Origin: Lentisphaerota bacterium
GTDB taxonomy: Bacteria; Verrucomicrobiota; Kiritimatiellia; Kiritimatiellales; Pontiellaceae
Assembly: GCA_012729265.1 (NCBI GenBank)
Contig: JAAYDL010000060.1
Span: 3,015-67,014, forward strand
Length of the DNA stretch: 64,000 nt
Reading direction: 5' to 3'
Within the stretch, counting starts at the first letter, position 1; every line of letters starts with the position of its first letter. Below, in pieces: positions 41,201 to 49,488 of the stretch. Position numbers and translations under genes: made by a program. Under the pieces are notes generated by a model. The model saw only the letters and a list, made by a program, of their open reading frames with translations, did no database searches and had not been told where the DNA came from.

Positions 41201-41377
41201 ATCGCGGTATTGCGGTGCGAGTCCGGCGGCGTTGTCCATGTCCCATCCCAGTTCTTTGAAAAAAGGGTCAAGGAACTCCTTCCGCAGCTGAGCCTCGTTA
41301 TATTGGGCAGATTTGTAGAAATCGATGTTGTTTCCGAAGGTTTCAATCAGTTGTTTGACGGAGTCGGGTGCAGGCAT
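38225..41377 (-). CDS. Type IIG restriction-modification fusion (REase + N6-adenine MTase + TaqI_C-like TRD)
   Basis: PDY...FLEAKKP nuclease, GVYYTP, VLDPACGSGSFL, VIGNPPYV, C-terminal WY.FGRSQNL...KLII; start at MPAPDS with SD GAGG. Confidence 0.92.
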   Translation of the reverse strand: MPAPDSVKQLIETFGNNIDFYKSAQYNEAQLRKEFLDPFFKELGWDMDNAAGLAPQYRDVIHEASIKIGGATKAPDYAFSIHGQYKFFLEAKKPAVNVHDDTDPAYQLRRYGWSAKLPISILTDFEEFAVYDCRKRPKRGERASTSRINYFKYTDYIEKWDELVATFSKEAILKGSFDKYTVDAKRHRGTDTVDDAFLEEIENWRNLLARNFALRNPQLSVRDLNFAVQKTIDRLIFLRICEDRGTEDYKRLATLLNGGRVYPRLLDLFMQADARYNSGLFHFSAEKGRGAPDEVTPHLKLDDTVLKEIISKLYYPESPYEFSVLPADILGQVYEQFLGKTIHLTPAHQAKIEEKPEVRKAGGVYYTPSYIVDYIVKNTLGRLLDGDDPAKPKPIAVSKAAEIKVLDPACGSGSFLIVAYQYLLDWHLRQYTADAETNEPDEGKIKRHSGGKNPKIYQAPGGEWKLTTDERKRILLNNIHGVDIDSQAVEVTKLSLLLKVIEGETQQVLQRDWILERQRILPDLESNIKCGNSLIGPDFYDNEQMLLLNEETQYRINVFDWKAAFSEIMQCGGFDCVIGNPPYVRIQGLMEWAPQEAHLYKAKFSSAAQGNFDLYVCFVEQSLKLMGPAGKTGLILPHKFFNAQYGAGLRGLIAQGRHLSRVVHFGDQQVFSGATTYTCLMFLEKDGAEECSYVQVHDLDGWRKQQERDEDGRRTLRNDLTLNEAMPVYRVRNEQTDGIASFGIIPAKLIGSGEWNFVVGRDAQLQEGLHRIKTELGDVATIFVGLQTSADKIFVLPTSTDIERGLVRPFLQTGELAAYMPPQPSALMIFPYDLSTGKAELIPDTIMEKHYPKGWAHLCRHRETLMNRERGKWRHANWYAFGRSQNLTMMDDPKLIIQVTARRPTVLLDTEGLCMTGGGSGPFYGIRPKNPNLSLHYLLGLLNSALFGMIVKAQSTNLRGGYIKFSKQYIESAPIPPIDFDHPADVAKHDKMVGLVERMLELNKKKAAENNPETLRLLETQIAATDRQIDRLVYDLYALTDDEIALVEGK

Positions 41378-42074
41378 ACATTGTTCCTCATTCAAAAAGT
41401 GCCCGGCGATCTTATAGATTGTCGAGGTGTTGGGCAAGAGGAGGAAACGTTGTTTTTCGGCTACGGCAAAATCTAAGAAAGTCGTGTTGCCGAAGTCACC
41501 AGCGGATTGTTGGTCGCCCGAAACGAATTCTATACGGATTTGACATTGAATTCCGAGAATGTATACACGCGGCAATTGATGCCGGTGGAAATCAAGGCCG
41601 CGACCGTATTGAACTTCAAGCGAACCGGAAAACTCTTCCAATGAACCGATCGAAGGCCCGGATGAACCCTCATTGGCGCAAATTGACACCTTTACCTTGC
41701 AATTTGCACCTCCAAAGCGGGCACATAGCGTCGTTTTGTGAAATTAATTTTACAGAATGGTGCTTTTTTGGAGAATACATTTGCCATAACTGCATTTTGT
41801 GGCAGGTTTCGCCCAAGACGATCCCGCGACATTGAGTTTATGAAATACCGGTTGGGATCGCCGCTTGAATACGATGCGTTTAGGACAAAATAATTATTAT
41901 TGGCTCTTCTTATATTTTTATCGTGAACAGTATTTTTCGACCGGATAATAGGATCATCTGGATATTTTTTCTTAGAAGGCCACTCCATCCTGGCGATCTT
42001 CTTAATTTCCTTCAGCCCCTCTGCCGGAATGGGCAACCCGTTGCGTGTCTACGCCATAAAATACTTTCCCTGCT

Positions 42075-42282
42075 GATTTACAGGATTTGATCCGGTCTAT
42101 CCTGTTATCCCGTCAAAATATTTCTCCGCATTCACTACCATAAATTAATACGTATAACTTTATTAATCCTTGTTAATCATCAGCACGGCTTCAGAAAATT
42201 ATCTCCTCATATTCGTTTCCATTCGCGTTAATCCGCGGTTCCATCCCCTTCCCTTCGTGCCCTTCCTGCCTTCGTGGTGAAT
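42075..42282. repeat. Cluster of degenerate 9-mer-periodic repeat arms
   Basis: GATTTACAGGAT...ATCCTGTTATCCCGTCA (42075-42117); ATTCGTTTCCATTCGCGTTAATCCGCGGTT (42211-42240); CCTTCGTGCCCTTCCTGCCTTCGTGGTGAA (42252-42281). Confidence 0.65.
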
Positions 42283-42452
42283 TCCCTTTGCACCCTCGGG
42301 CCATGATCCTGTCAAAACAAACAAGCTCTGCGCTTCATTTTTATTCCAGGAATACTCACGAAACATTGCCAAACAGTTATATGGCGACATAAGATCATAA
42401 AAATAAAATTTGATTGACTTGCCCCCCTGTAAGCCCCTACACACTCCGAGCT

Positions 42453-43538
42453 ATGTTATACGACGTACCCGTACATTTAGGTGAGCGCTCCTATCGCATT
42501 ACGATTGGAGCGGGAATTATGGACACCCTCGGCCCGCGCTGTTCCGAGGTTGGACTGAAGGGCAAGTGTCTGATTATTACCGACGAAAACGTCGGCGGAT
42601 TATATGCCAAAACGGCCAAGCGATCGCTGGAGGCCGCCGGTTTTTCGGCGGCGCTGGAGACGCTTCCGGCGGGCGAGCAGACGAAATGCGGCGAGCAGGT
42701 GTTTAAGCTCTACAGCCGCTGCGTGGAGGCGGGGCTGGACCGCAAATCGTTCATTGTCGCACTCGGCGGCGGCGTGATGGGCGATCTGGCGGGCTATGTG
42801 GCGGCCACCTATTTGAGAGGCATTCCGTTTGTTCAGGTGCCGACCTCGCTGCTGGCGATGGTCGACAGCTCGGTGGGCGGAAAGACCGGGGTGAATCTGC
42901 CGGAGGGAAAAAATCTGGTCGGCGCATTTTATCAGCCCGAGCTGGTGCTGGCTGATCTGGAGACGCTCCGCACGCTTCCGCAGCGCGAATACCGCGCCGG
43001 GCTGGCCGAGGTAGTGAAATACGGCATTATTTATGACGCACCGTTTTTTGCGCTGCTGGAGGAAAACATTGCTCCGCTCGCGGATGTAGAAAATACAGAG
43101 CTGCTGGCCAAGGTGGTCGGACGCTGCTGCGAAATTAAGGCCGAGGTGGTGGCGCAGGATGAACGCGAAGGCGGACTGCGCGCGATTCTGAACTTCGGCC
43201 ATACGGCGGGTCACGCGCTGGAAAAGGTGGCGGGCTACGGCGAATATGTACACGGTGAAGGCGTCGCAATCGGCTCCGTTTTTGCCGCGCGCGCCTCGGT
43301 GGCGCTGACGGGACTTGCTCAGGCGGAGTGCGATCGGATTGAGCAACTGTTTGCGAATCTCGGTTTGCCGGTCCGCGCACCGGAATACGGCTGGGCCGAT
43401 TTGCGGGCGGCGTTGTCGGTCGATAAAAAAACCGTCGGCGGCATGCCCAAGTTTGTACTCGCCTCGGCCATCGGAACGGTTTCGTTCGGGGAAGAGGTTC
43501 CCGAGGAGCTAATGGAAACAATCTGGAAAAAATTATAA
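42453..43538 (+). CDS. aroB: 3-dehydroquinate synthase
   Basis: ALGGGVMGDLAG, PTSLLAMVDSSVGGKTG, LNFGHTAGHALE, HGEGVAIG. Confidence 0.97.
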   Translation: MLYDVPVHLGERSYRITIGAGIMDTLGPRCSEVGLKGKCLIITDENVGGLYAKTAKRSLEAAGFSAALETLPAGEQTKCGEQVFKLYSRCVEAGLDRKSFIVALGGGVMGDLAGYVAATYLRGIPFVQVPTSLLAMVDSSVGGKTGVNLPEGKNLVGAFYQPELVLADLETLRTLPQREYRAGLAEVVKYGIIYDAPFFALLEENIAPLADVENTELLAKVVGRCCEIKAEVVAQDEREGGLRAILNFGHTAGHALEKVAGYGEYVHGEGVAIGSVFAARASVALTGLAQAECDRIEQLFANLGLPVRAPEYGWADLRAALSVDKKTVGGMPKFVLASAIGTVSFGEEVPEELMETIWKKL

Positions 43539-43599
43539 CCACGGAAGACACCGAATACACAGAAAGTTGAGTTCCGTGTGTTCGGTGTATTCTGTGGTT
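43537..43599. repeat. 9-mer-periodic hairpin starting in the aroB stop codon
   Basis: AACCACGGAAGACACCGAATACACAGAA ... TTCCGTGTGTTCGGTGTATTCTGTGGTT (28-nt arms). Confidence 0.85.
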
Positions 43600-43607
43600 C
43601 AATCACA

Positions 43608-44738
43608 ATGCAGGATCGTGAAGCATATATTGTTCTGAATATGATCGACGGGCTGGGGCCGGTGAGCGTCCGGCGGCTGGTCGAGCGCCTCGGAACACCC
43701 AAAGCGATTCTGGAAGCCGACCGCGATACGCTGATGGAAGCGCATGGCGTCGGCGAAAAAATGGCGCTCAAGATTATCGTTCAGCGCGATCAACTCGACC
43801 CCGAGACCGAGATTAATAAGGCGGCCGACGAGGGGGCGCGGATTATCACGCAGCTGGACGATGAATATCCCGAGGCGCTGAAGAGCATTCATGATCCGCC
43901 GCTGGCACTCTATGTGCGCGGATCGCTGCTGCCGAGCGATGCCAAGGCGCTGGGCATTGTCGGCTCGCGTTCAACCAGCCATTACGGCTTGTCCGCTGCA
44001 GATCGGCTGGCCTATCAGCTGGCGCAGACGGGCTTTACGGTGGTGAGCGGACTGGCGCGCGGAACGGATACAGCGGCGCACAGCGGAGCACTTAAAGGCA
44101 AGGGCCGAACGATTGCGGTGCTCGGCGGTGCGATCGACTGCCTCTACCCGCCGGAGAATGACGGGCTGGCGGCCAAGATTGCCAACCACGGCGCAGTGAT
44201 CAGCGAATACCCGATGGGGCGGCAGGTGGATCGAATGACGTTTCCGTACCGAAACCGTATTATCAGCGGGCTGAGCATGGGCGTGCTGCTGATTGAATCG
44301 ACCGTGAAAGGCGGCTCAATGCATACGATCGATGCCGCGATGGAACAGGGCCGAACCGTCTTTGCACTGCCGGGGCGAATTGATATGCCCGGCGCACGCG
44401 GCCCGCATCGTTTGATTAAAAACGGCGCAAAATTAGTTGAATCGCTGGACGATATTTTGGAGGAGTTTGAGTTTTTGATTCCTGAAGCGGAGCGTCAGGC
44501 GCCGGCGGCGGAGACCGCAGCGCGGCCCGACGTGCCGTTGACGGAGGCGGAAACTAAAATTGTAGAAGCGCTCTGGGGCGAGGCACTCGACGTCGACTCG
44601 CTGGCGCGCGCGGTTGGGATGAAAAGCTACGAACTCAGCGGACTGCTGCTGGGCCTCGAAATGAAACGCGTAGTCTGTATGCGCCCCGGCCGGATGGTTG
44701 AACTGGCGGATGATTTAAGAACAGGATTTAGGAGCTAA
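43608..44738 (+). CDS. dprA: DNA-processing protein DprA
   Basis: IHDPPLALYVRG, IVGSR, VSGLARGTD, FPYRNRIISG, C-terminal winged helix. Confidence 0.95.
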   Translation: MQDREAYIVLNMIDGLGPVSVRRLVERLGTPKAILEADRDTLMEAHGVGEKMALKIIVQRDQLDPETEINKAADEGARIITQLDDEYPEALKSIHDPPLALYVRGSLLPSDAKALGIVGSRSTSHYGLSAADRLAYQLAQTGFTVVSGLARGTDTAAHSGALKGKGRTIAVLGGAIDCLYPPENDGLAAKIANHGAVISEYPMGRQVDRMTFPYRNRIISGLSMGVLLIESTVKGGSMHTIDAAMEQGRTVFALPGRIDMPGARGPHRLIKNGAKLVESLDDILEEFEFLIPEAERQAPAAETAARPDVPLTEAETKIVEALWGEALDVDSLARAVGMKSYELSGLLLGLEMKRVVCMRPGRMVELADDLRTGFRS

Positions 44739-44804
44739 CCACGAAATACACAAAATACACGAAACAGGTGGATGGTTTTCGTGTGGTTCGTGTCTTTCGT
44801 GGTT
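44737..44804. repeat. 9-mer-periodic hairpin starting in the dprA stop codon
   Basis: AACCACGAAATACACAAAATACACGAAA ... TTTCGTGTGGTTCGTGTCTTTCGTGGTT. Confidence 0.85.
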
Positions 44805-44824
44805 CATAACAGTAGGGAATTGAG

Positions 44825-47377
44825 ATGAGCAAAAATTTGGTAATTGTGGAATCGCCGGCAAAGGCGAAGACGATCGGTAAATATTTAGGCAAGGACTATA
44901 CGGTGATGGCCTCGGTGGGCCACGTACGCGACCTGCCGCAAAAAACGCTGGGCGTGGATGTGGAGAAAAATTTTGAGCCGGAATATGTCAGCACGACGCG
45001 CGGAAAAACGGTGCTGAAGGAGCTCAAGGCAGAAGCCAAAAAATGCGAAAAGGTATTCCTCGCGCCTGACCCGGACCGCGAAGGAGAAGCGATTGCCTGG
45101 CACCTTTTTGAAGCGCTGAAAAAGACGGTTCCGGAAGAAAACTTTTACCGCGTGACCTATAATGAAATTACGAAATCAGCGATTCTGTCGGCGTTTGAGC
45201 AGCCGCGTAAGATTGATATGAACCGCGTAAACGCGCAGCAGGCGCGGCGCGTGCTCGACCGCTTGGTCGGCTTCCAAGGCAGCCCGGTGGTGCGCAAGCA
45301 GATCCGCGGCGCACAGAGCGTTGGACGCGTGCAGACGGTGGCGCTGCGGTTGGTCGTTGAGCGCGAGAAGGAGATTGAAGGGTTTACGCCGGAAACCTAT
45401 TTTTCCGTCGGCGCCGAGGTCCGCAAACAGGAAGCGCCGCTCGATCCCTTCATCGTAAAGCTGGCGCGCATCAACGAAGAGCCGGTCGGCATCAAGGACC
45501 GCAAGCTCCTTCCGGGCGCGGTTAAAACAAAGGAGCAGCTCGAAGCGATGCAGCGCGAGCTGAAAACCAGCACGCTCAAGGTGAGCGATGTCTATACCAA
45601 ACAGGTCACCCGCCGGGCGCGCGCGCCGTTCATTACCAGCACACTGCAGCAGTCGGCCTCGGGATCGCTCAGCCTCGCGCCGGCGCGTACGATGAGCATT
45701 GCGCAGAAGCTTTATGAAGCAGGATTGATCACCTACATGCGTACCGATTCGTTCAACATTGCGCAGTCGGCGCTCGCCGAAGTACGCGATTTTATCCGCG
45801 AAAATTATGGCGCGGAATATCTGCCGGAAAAGCCCAATTACTATAAGAGCAAGGGCGCCGCACAGGAAGCCCACGAGGCGATCCGCCCAACCGATGTTTC
45901 CGTGGTGCCCGGAAACGAAGGCGTTAAACTCGATGCGGCGGAGCAGAAACTCTACCGCCTGATCTGGGAACGCTTCACCGCCTGCCAGATGGTACCCGCC
46001 AAGATTGATCGGCGCACGGTAGAAGTCGAAGCCGGCACAGAAAACAGCTATCTATTCCGCGCAACCGCCTCCGAAATTACCTTCCCCGGATATATGCGCG
46101 CCAGCGGCATCGAGGCCGCCGCCGATGCCCCCAAAAACGGCGAGAGCGACGAAGCAGAAACCGATGCCCTGCCGCCGCTGACGAAAGGGGAACCGCTCGA
46201 CGTGCTGAACTGGCTGGCGGAGCAGAAAGAAACCAATCCGCTGCCGCGCTATTCTGAGGCTTCGCTCATCCGCGCCCTGGAAGAAAACGGCGTCGGACGC
46301 CCGAGTACATACGCCGCCATTATGTCCAAGCTCGACGAGCGCGAATATGTTCTGAAGGAAAAGCGGTCGCTCATTCCGACCGAGCGCGGCAAAGAGCTGA
46401 TCGATCTGGTGCTCAAAACCGAGGCCAAGTTAAAATCGTCGAACAAGGTAGATCTGTTTGAAACGCATTTCACCGCCGATATGGAAACCCGGCTCGACCA
46501 TATTGAAGAGGGGAAGATCGAGTGGACGGAAATGATGCAGGGCTTTTACCCCTCCCTGCTCGAATGGATCGAACACGCCAAAGAGACCGCCGACCCCGGA
46601 ATGGTGGGAAAATGCTTCCAGGCGCTGGATCATGTGAGCGAATGGATGCCCCCCGTTAAATCCGGACGCCGTACGTACGACGACCAAAAAACCTTTGAAG
46701 ACCTCAGAGGAAAGGTCAACGGCGGCGAGCTGCTTTCCAAACGCCAAGGCGAAATGCTCCACAAAATGTGCTGCCGCTATATTCAGCAGATTCCCGATGC
46801 CCTCTCGAAAGAGCTGGAGCTGGTCGAACCCGAGGCCGTGCGCTCGGACACGCCCGAAAAGCTGGAGCTGCTTGCACGGGTTAAGTTTGATGAGCCGCGC
46901 AAGGTCGGGAAACGCACCTACGACGATAAAAAGTTCTGCACTTCGCTCAGCGATCAGATTGCTTTGGGCAAACGCCTGAGCGAGCGTCAGCTCGATTATC
47001 TCGACACAATGCTGACCAAATATTCCGAGCAGATCCCCGACTTCGATGCCGTAAAGGCCAAGTTTAAGCTCGGCGAAAAGAAAGAGGTCGTGGCCGATCC
47101 CTCTACCGCACCGCTACTGGCCTTGATGCAGCACGTCCGTGTATGGGCCGAACCGACCAAACGCGGCAACCGCGAGTTTAACGATAAAAGCTTCTTTGAA
47201 TCGCTCGCCGCGCAGTTTAAGTCCAAGGGTGCCCTTTCGGACCGTCAGATCGCCGCGCTCAAAAAGATGGCCGCGCGTTACGCCGACCAGATCCCGAACT
47301 ATGCACAGATGCAGGATCAGCTCGGCCTCCTCGCGCCCCGAAAACCAAAAGCCAAAAAGGAAGCTTCAGCCGAATAA
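44825..47377 (+). CDS. topA: DNA topoisomerase I with an atypical C-terminal repeat region
   Basis: IVESPAKAKTI, DPDREGEAIA, GRVQTVAL, ITYMRTDS, AHEAIRPT, GVGRPSTYA. Confidence 0.97.
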   Translation: MSKNLVIVESPAKAKTIGKYLGKDYTVMASVGHVRDLPQKTLGVDVEKNFEPEYVSTTRGKTVLKELKAEAKKCEKVFLAPDPDREGEAIAWHLFEALKKTVPEENFYRVTYNEITKSAILSAFEQPRKIDMNRVNAQQARRVLDRLVGFQGSPVVRKQIRGAQSVGRVQTVALRLVVEREKEIEGFTPETYFSVGAEVRKQEAPLDPFIVKLARINEEPVGIKDRKLLPGAVKTKEQLEAMQRELKTSTLKVSDVYTKQVTRRARAPFITSTLQQSASGSLSLAPARTMSIAQKLYEAGLITYMRTDSFNIAQSALAEVRDFIRENYGAEYLPEKPNYYKSKGAAQEAHEAIRPTDVSVVPGNEGVKLDAAEQKLYRLIWERFTACQMVPAKIDRRTVEVEAGTENSYLFRATASEITFPGYMRASGIEAAADAPKNGESDEAETDALPPLTKGEPLDVLNWLAEQKETNPLPRYSEASLIRALEENGVGRPSTYAAIMSKLDEREYVLKEKRSLIPTERGKELIDLVLKTEAKLKSSNKVDLFETHFTADMETRLDHIEEGKIEWTEMMQGFYPSLLEWIEHAKETADPGMVGKCFQALDHVSEWMPPVKSGRRTYDDQKTFEDLRGKVNGGELLSKRQGEMLHKMCCRYIQQIPDALSKELELVEPEAVRSDTPEKLELLARVKFDEPRKVGKRTYDDKKFCTSLSDQIALGKRLSERQLDYLDTMLTKYSEQIPDFDAVKAKFKLGEKKEVVADPSTAPLLALMQHVRVWAEPTKRGNREFNDKSFFESLAAQFKSKGALSDRQIAALKKMAARYADQIPNYAQMQDQLGLLAPRKPKAKKEASAE

Positions 47378-47416
47378 CTATTCAACAGAAGACCGCAAAG
47401 ATCGCGAAGAGTAAAA

Positions 47417-48040
47417 ATGAGCGCAGAAAACAGATTCGACCAGGCCGCAGAAGAGTGGGATTCGTTAGAGCCGCGCAAAAAGATGATCCGCGCGATCAGC
47501 GAGCGCATGTTTGAGCGCCTCCCGCTCAACGCCGAAATGGACGTACTCGACTTTGGCTGCGGAACCGGGCTGCTCTCGTTGCGGGTTGCCGATCAGGTAA
47601 AATCGCTGACGGGCATCGACACCTCATCCGGTATGCTCAACACGTTTGAGCAAAAAGCAACGCAGATGGGCCTGAAAAATACGCAGACACAGTGGCTGGA
47701 TCTGACACAGAAGATGGAGATTCCGGGGCAATATGACCTGATCGTCAGCAGCATGGTTTTCCATCACGTCAAGGAGTTGAACCCCGTGCTCGTTCTCCTC
47801 CACCGCGCACTGAAACCCGAAGGTCAACTCTGCATTGCCGATCTGGATCTCGATGGAGGCCTCTTCCACGAAAATGCGGTCGATGTCTTTCACAACGGAT
47901 TCGACCGCAAGGCCTTCGCCGAAGCACTGAAAACCGCCGGCTTCTCAGCGGTTGAAGTGACCGACGCCACCTCCATCACCAAACCCGTCGGCGATGAACT
48001 TCGGTCATTCTCCATCTTCCTCGCAACAGGAGAAAAATAA
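47417..48040 (+). CDS. Class I SAM-dependent methyltransferase
   Basis: VLDFGCGTG, GIDTS, YDLIVSSMVFHH, LKPEG. Confidence 0.9.
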   Translation: MSAENRFDQAAEEWDSLEPRKKMIRAISERMFERLPLNAEMDVLDFGCGTGLLSLRVADQVKSLTGIDTSSGMLNTFEQKATQMGLKNTQTQWLDLTQKMEIPGQYDLIVSSMVFHHVKELNPVLVLLHRALKPEGQLCIADLDLDGGLFHENAVDVFHNGFDRKAFAEALKTAGFSAVEVTDATSITKPVGDELRSFSIFLATGEK

Positions 48041-48146
48041 ACACCAAGCCACAAAGATCCTAAAGCATACCCTTCGCGACCTTTGCGTCCTTCTGTAAAA
48101 AAAATCAGTGTCCATTAGTGTTAATCAGTGGTTCAAAAATTCCGAC

Positions 48147-49100
48147 ATGAACGATCCGTGCATAGAACATTTTGTGAACTATCTCGAAGGCGAAAAAAAC
48201 GCCTCCGACCATACGATACAAAACTATCTCCTCGACATCCGGCAGTTCTGCGAAATCACCTGGGGAGAAAACGCACAGCCGCCCTACCCATGGAGCCGCA
48301 CCGACCGCTTTTCCGCCCGTAAATTTCTCGTCTTCTTCCAGAAACTCGAAATGGCCCCCACCACCACCGCACGCAAGCTCTCCGCCCTGCGCTCCTTTTA
48401 TAAATTTCTCCTGCGCGAAGAATATGTGGAGCAAAACCCCTTCAGCGGACTCAGCCTGCCGAAAAAGGGCGACTATCTCCCCCAGATTCTCTCTGTAGCG
48501 GAAGTCGGCAAACTGCTCGACGCCCCCGCCGAGTATGAGCAACAGCAGAACACCGTCGATCCGCTGCTGAAAATGTGGCGCGAATATAGGGTCGCCCGCG
48601 ACTCCGCCATCCTCGAAATGCTCTACTCCACCGGCATGCGCATCAACGAACTCGCCAAACTGCCCGAAACCCAGATCGACCTCCTCGCCGGCGTGGCACG
48701 CGTCCGCGGAAAAGGCAAAAAAGAGCGACTCTGCCCCCTCGGCGCCCCCGCCATACGCGCCCTCCAGAAAAACCTCGAACTGCGCGAAAACGTCTGGCTG
48801 ATCTCCGGTAAACGCGAAGCACGCAGCCCCGTCTTTCTCAACAAAAATGGAGGCGCCATCACCGCCCGTTCCATTGAGCGCATGATGAAAAAATATGTCC
48901 TCTTCTGCGGACTCAACGCCGAGCTCACACCGCACAGCCTACGCCACAGCTTTGCCACCCATCTCCTCGACGCCGGGGCCGACCTGCGCAGCGTACAGGA
49001 ACTCCTCGGCCACGCCTCCCTCTCCACCACACAAATCTACACCCACGTCTCCATCGAACGCATAAAAGAAGTCTACCAGCTCGCCCACCCAAGAGCCTGA
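48147..49100 (+). CDS. xerC: Tyrosine recombinase XerC
   Basis: ARKLSALRSF, LYSTGMRINE, GKGKKER, TPHSLRHSFATHLL, LGHASLSTTQIY; dprA-topA-xerC synteny. Confidence 0.9.
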   Translation: MNDPCIEHFVNYLEGEKNASDHTIQNYLLDIRQFCEITWGENAQPPYPWSRTDRFSARKFLVFFQKLEMAPTTTARKLSALRSFYKFLLREEYVEQNPFSGLSLPKKGDYLPQILSVAEVGKLLDAPAEYEQQQNTVDPLLKMWREYRVARDSAILEMLYSTGMRINELAKLPETQIDLLAGVARVRGKGKKERLCPLGAPAIRALQKNLELRENVWLISGKREARSPVFLNKNGGAITARSIERMMKKYVLFCGLNAELTPHSLRHSFATHLLDAGADLRSVQELLGHASLSTTQIYTHVSIERIKEVYQLAHPRA

Positions 49101-49221
49101 CGACTGGTGCCCAAAACCTGTTCAATTTCCATTTTTTTCCCATTGACCACACCCAGCGTTCTCTATACATTCCTCCCCTCTCACGCACCGCAGGGTACGG
49201 AGAATATCTTAATTTTTAAGC

Positions 49222-49298
49222 GCAGCCATAGCTCAATTGGATAGAGCACCTGACTACGAATCAGGAGGTTGCAGGTTCGATTCCTGCTGGCTGCGCCA
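49222..49298 (+). tRNA. tRNA-Arg (ACG)
   Basis: Acceptor GCAGCCA/TGGCTGC + G-CCA; D-arm AGCTCAATTGGATAGAGC; anticodon stem CCTGA-CTACGAA-TCAGG; T-loop GGTTCGATTCC. Confidence 0.97.
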
Positions 49299-49308
49299 CT
49301 TTTTTCAC

Positions 49309-49346
49309 AACCCTTGTATGTCCGGTAACTACAGGGGTTTTTGTTT
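49309..49346 (+). terminator. Hairpin plus T-tract after tRNA-Arg
   Basis: AACCCTTGTA...TACAGGGGTT followed by T-rich sequence. Confidence 0.6.
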
Positions 49347-49400
49347 GTCCTAACGTCGCTTTTTATGGCCCACCACTCCGCCTCGTTCTCGAAATTCTAT

Positions 49401-49425
49401 CGCAGGCATCCTTGCCTACCTCGCT
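49401..49425 (+). repeat. REP-like hairpin, left copy of a direct repeat bracketing the type I RM operon
   Basis: CGCAGGCATCCTTGCCTACCTCGCT versus CGCAGGCATCCT-GCCTGCCTCGCT at 58639-58662. Confidence 0.7.
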
Positions 49426-49488
49426 GTCTTCCGTCCTCCGTCTTCCGTCTTCCGTCTTCCGTCTTCCGTCCTCTGTCCTCAGTCTTCC
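49426..49488. repeat. Heptamer tandem repeat, (GTCTTCC)-like x9
   Basis: gtcttcc gtcctcc gtcttcc gtcttcc gtcttcc gtcttcc gtcctct gtcctca gtcttcc. Confidence 0.9.

Noticed and set aside
41692-42036. 114-aa minus-strand ORF as a confident CDS
   Set aside because: No recognisable motifs, AT-rich and overlapping operator-like palindromes; kept only as part of a low-interest finding.
48147-49298. Tyrosine recombinase next to a tRNA as an island integrase
   Set aside because: Lies upstream of the tRNA in housekeeping dprA-topA-xerC synteny with XerC-like size; no attR copy of the tRNA 3' end seen.
43537-49488. Short repeats as a CRISPR array
   Set aside because: No constant repeat with unique spacers and no cas genes; these are tandem or inverted 7/9-mers.
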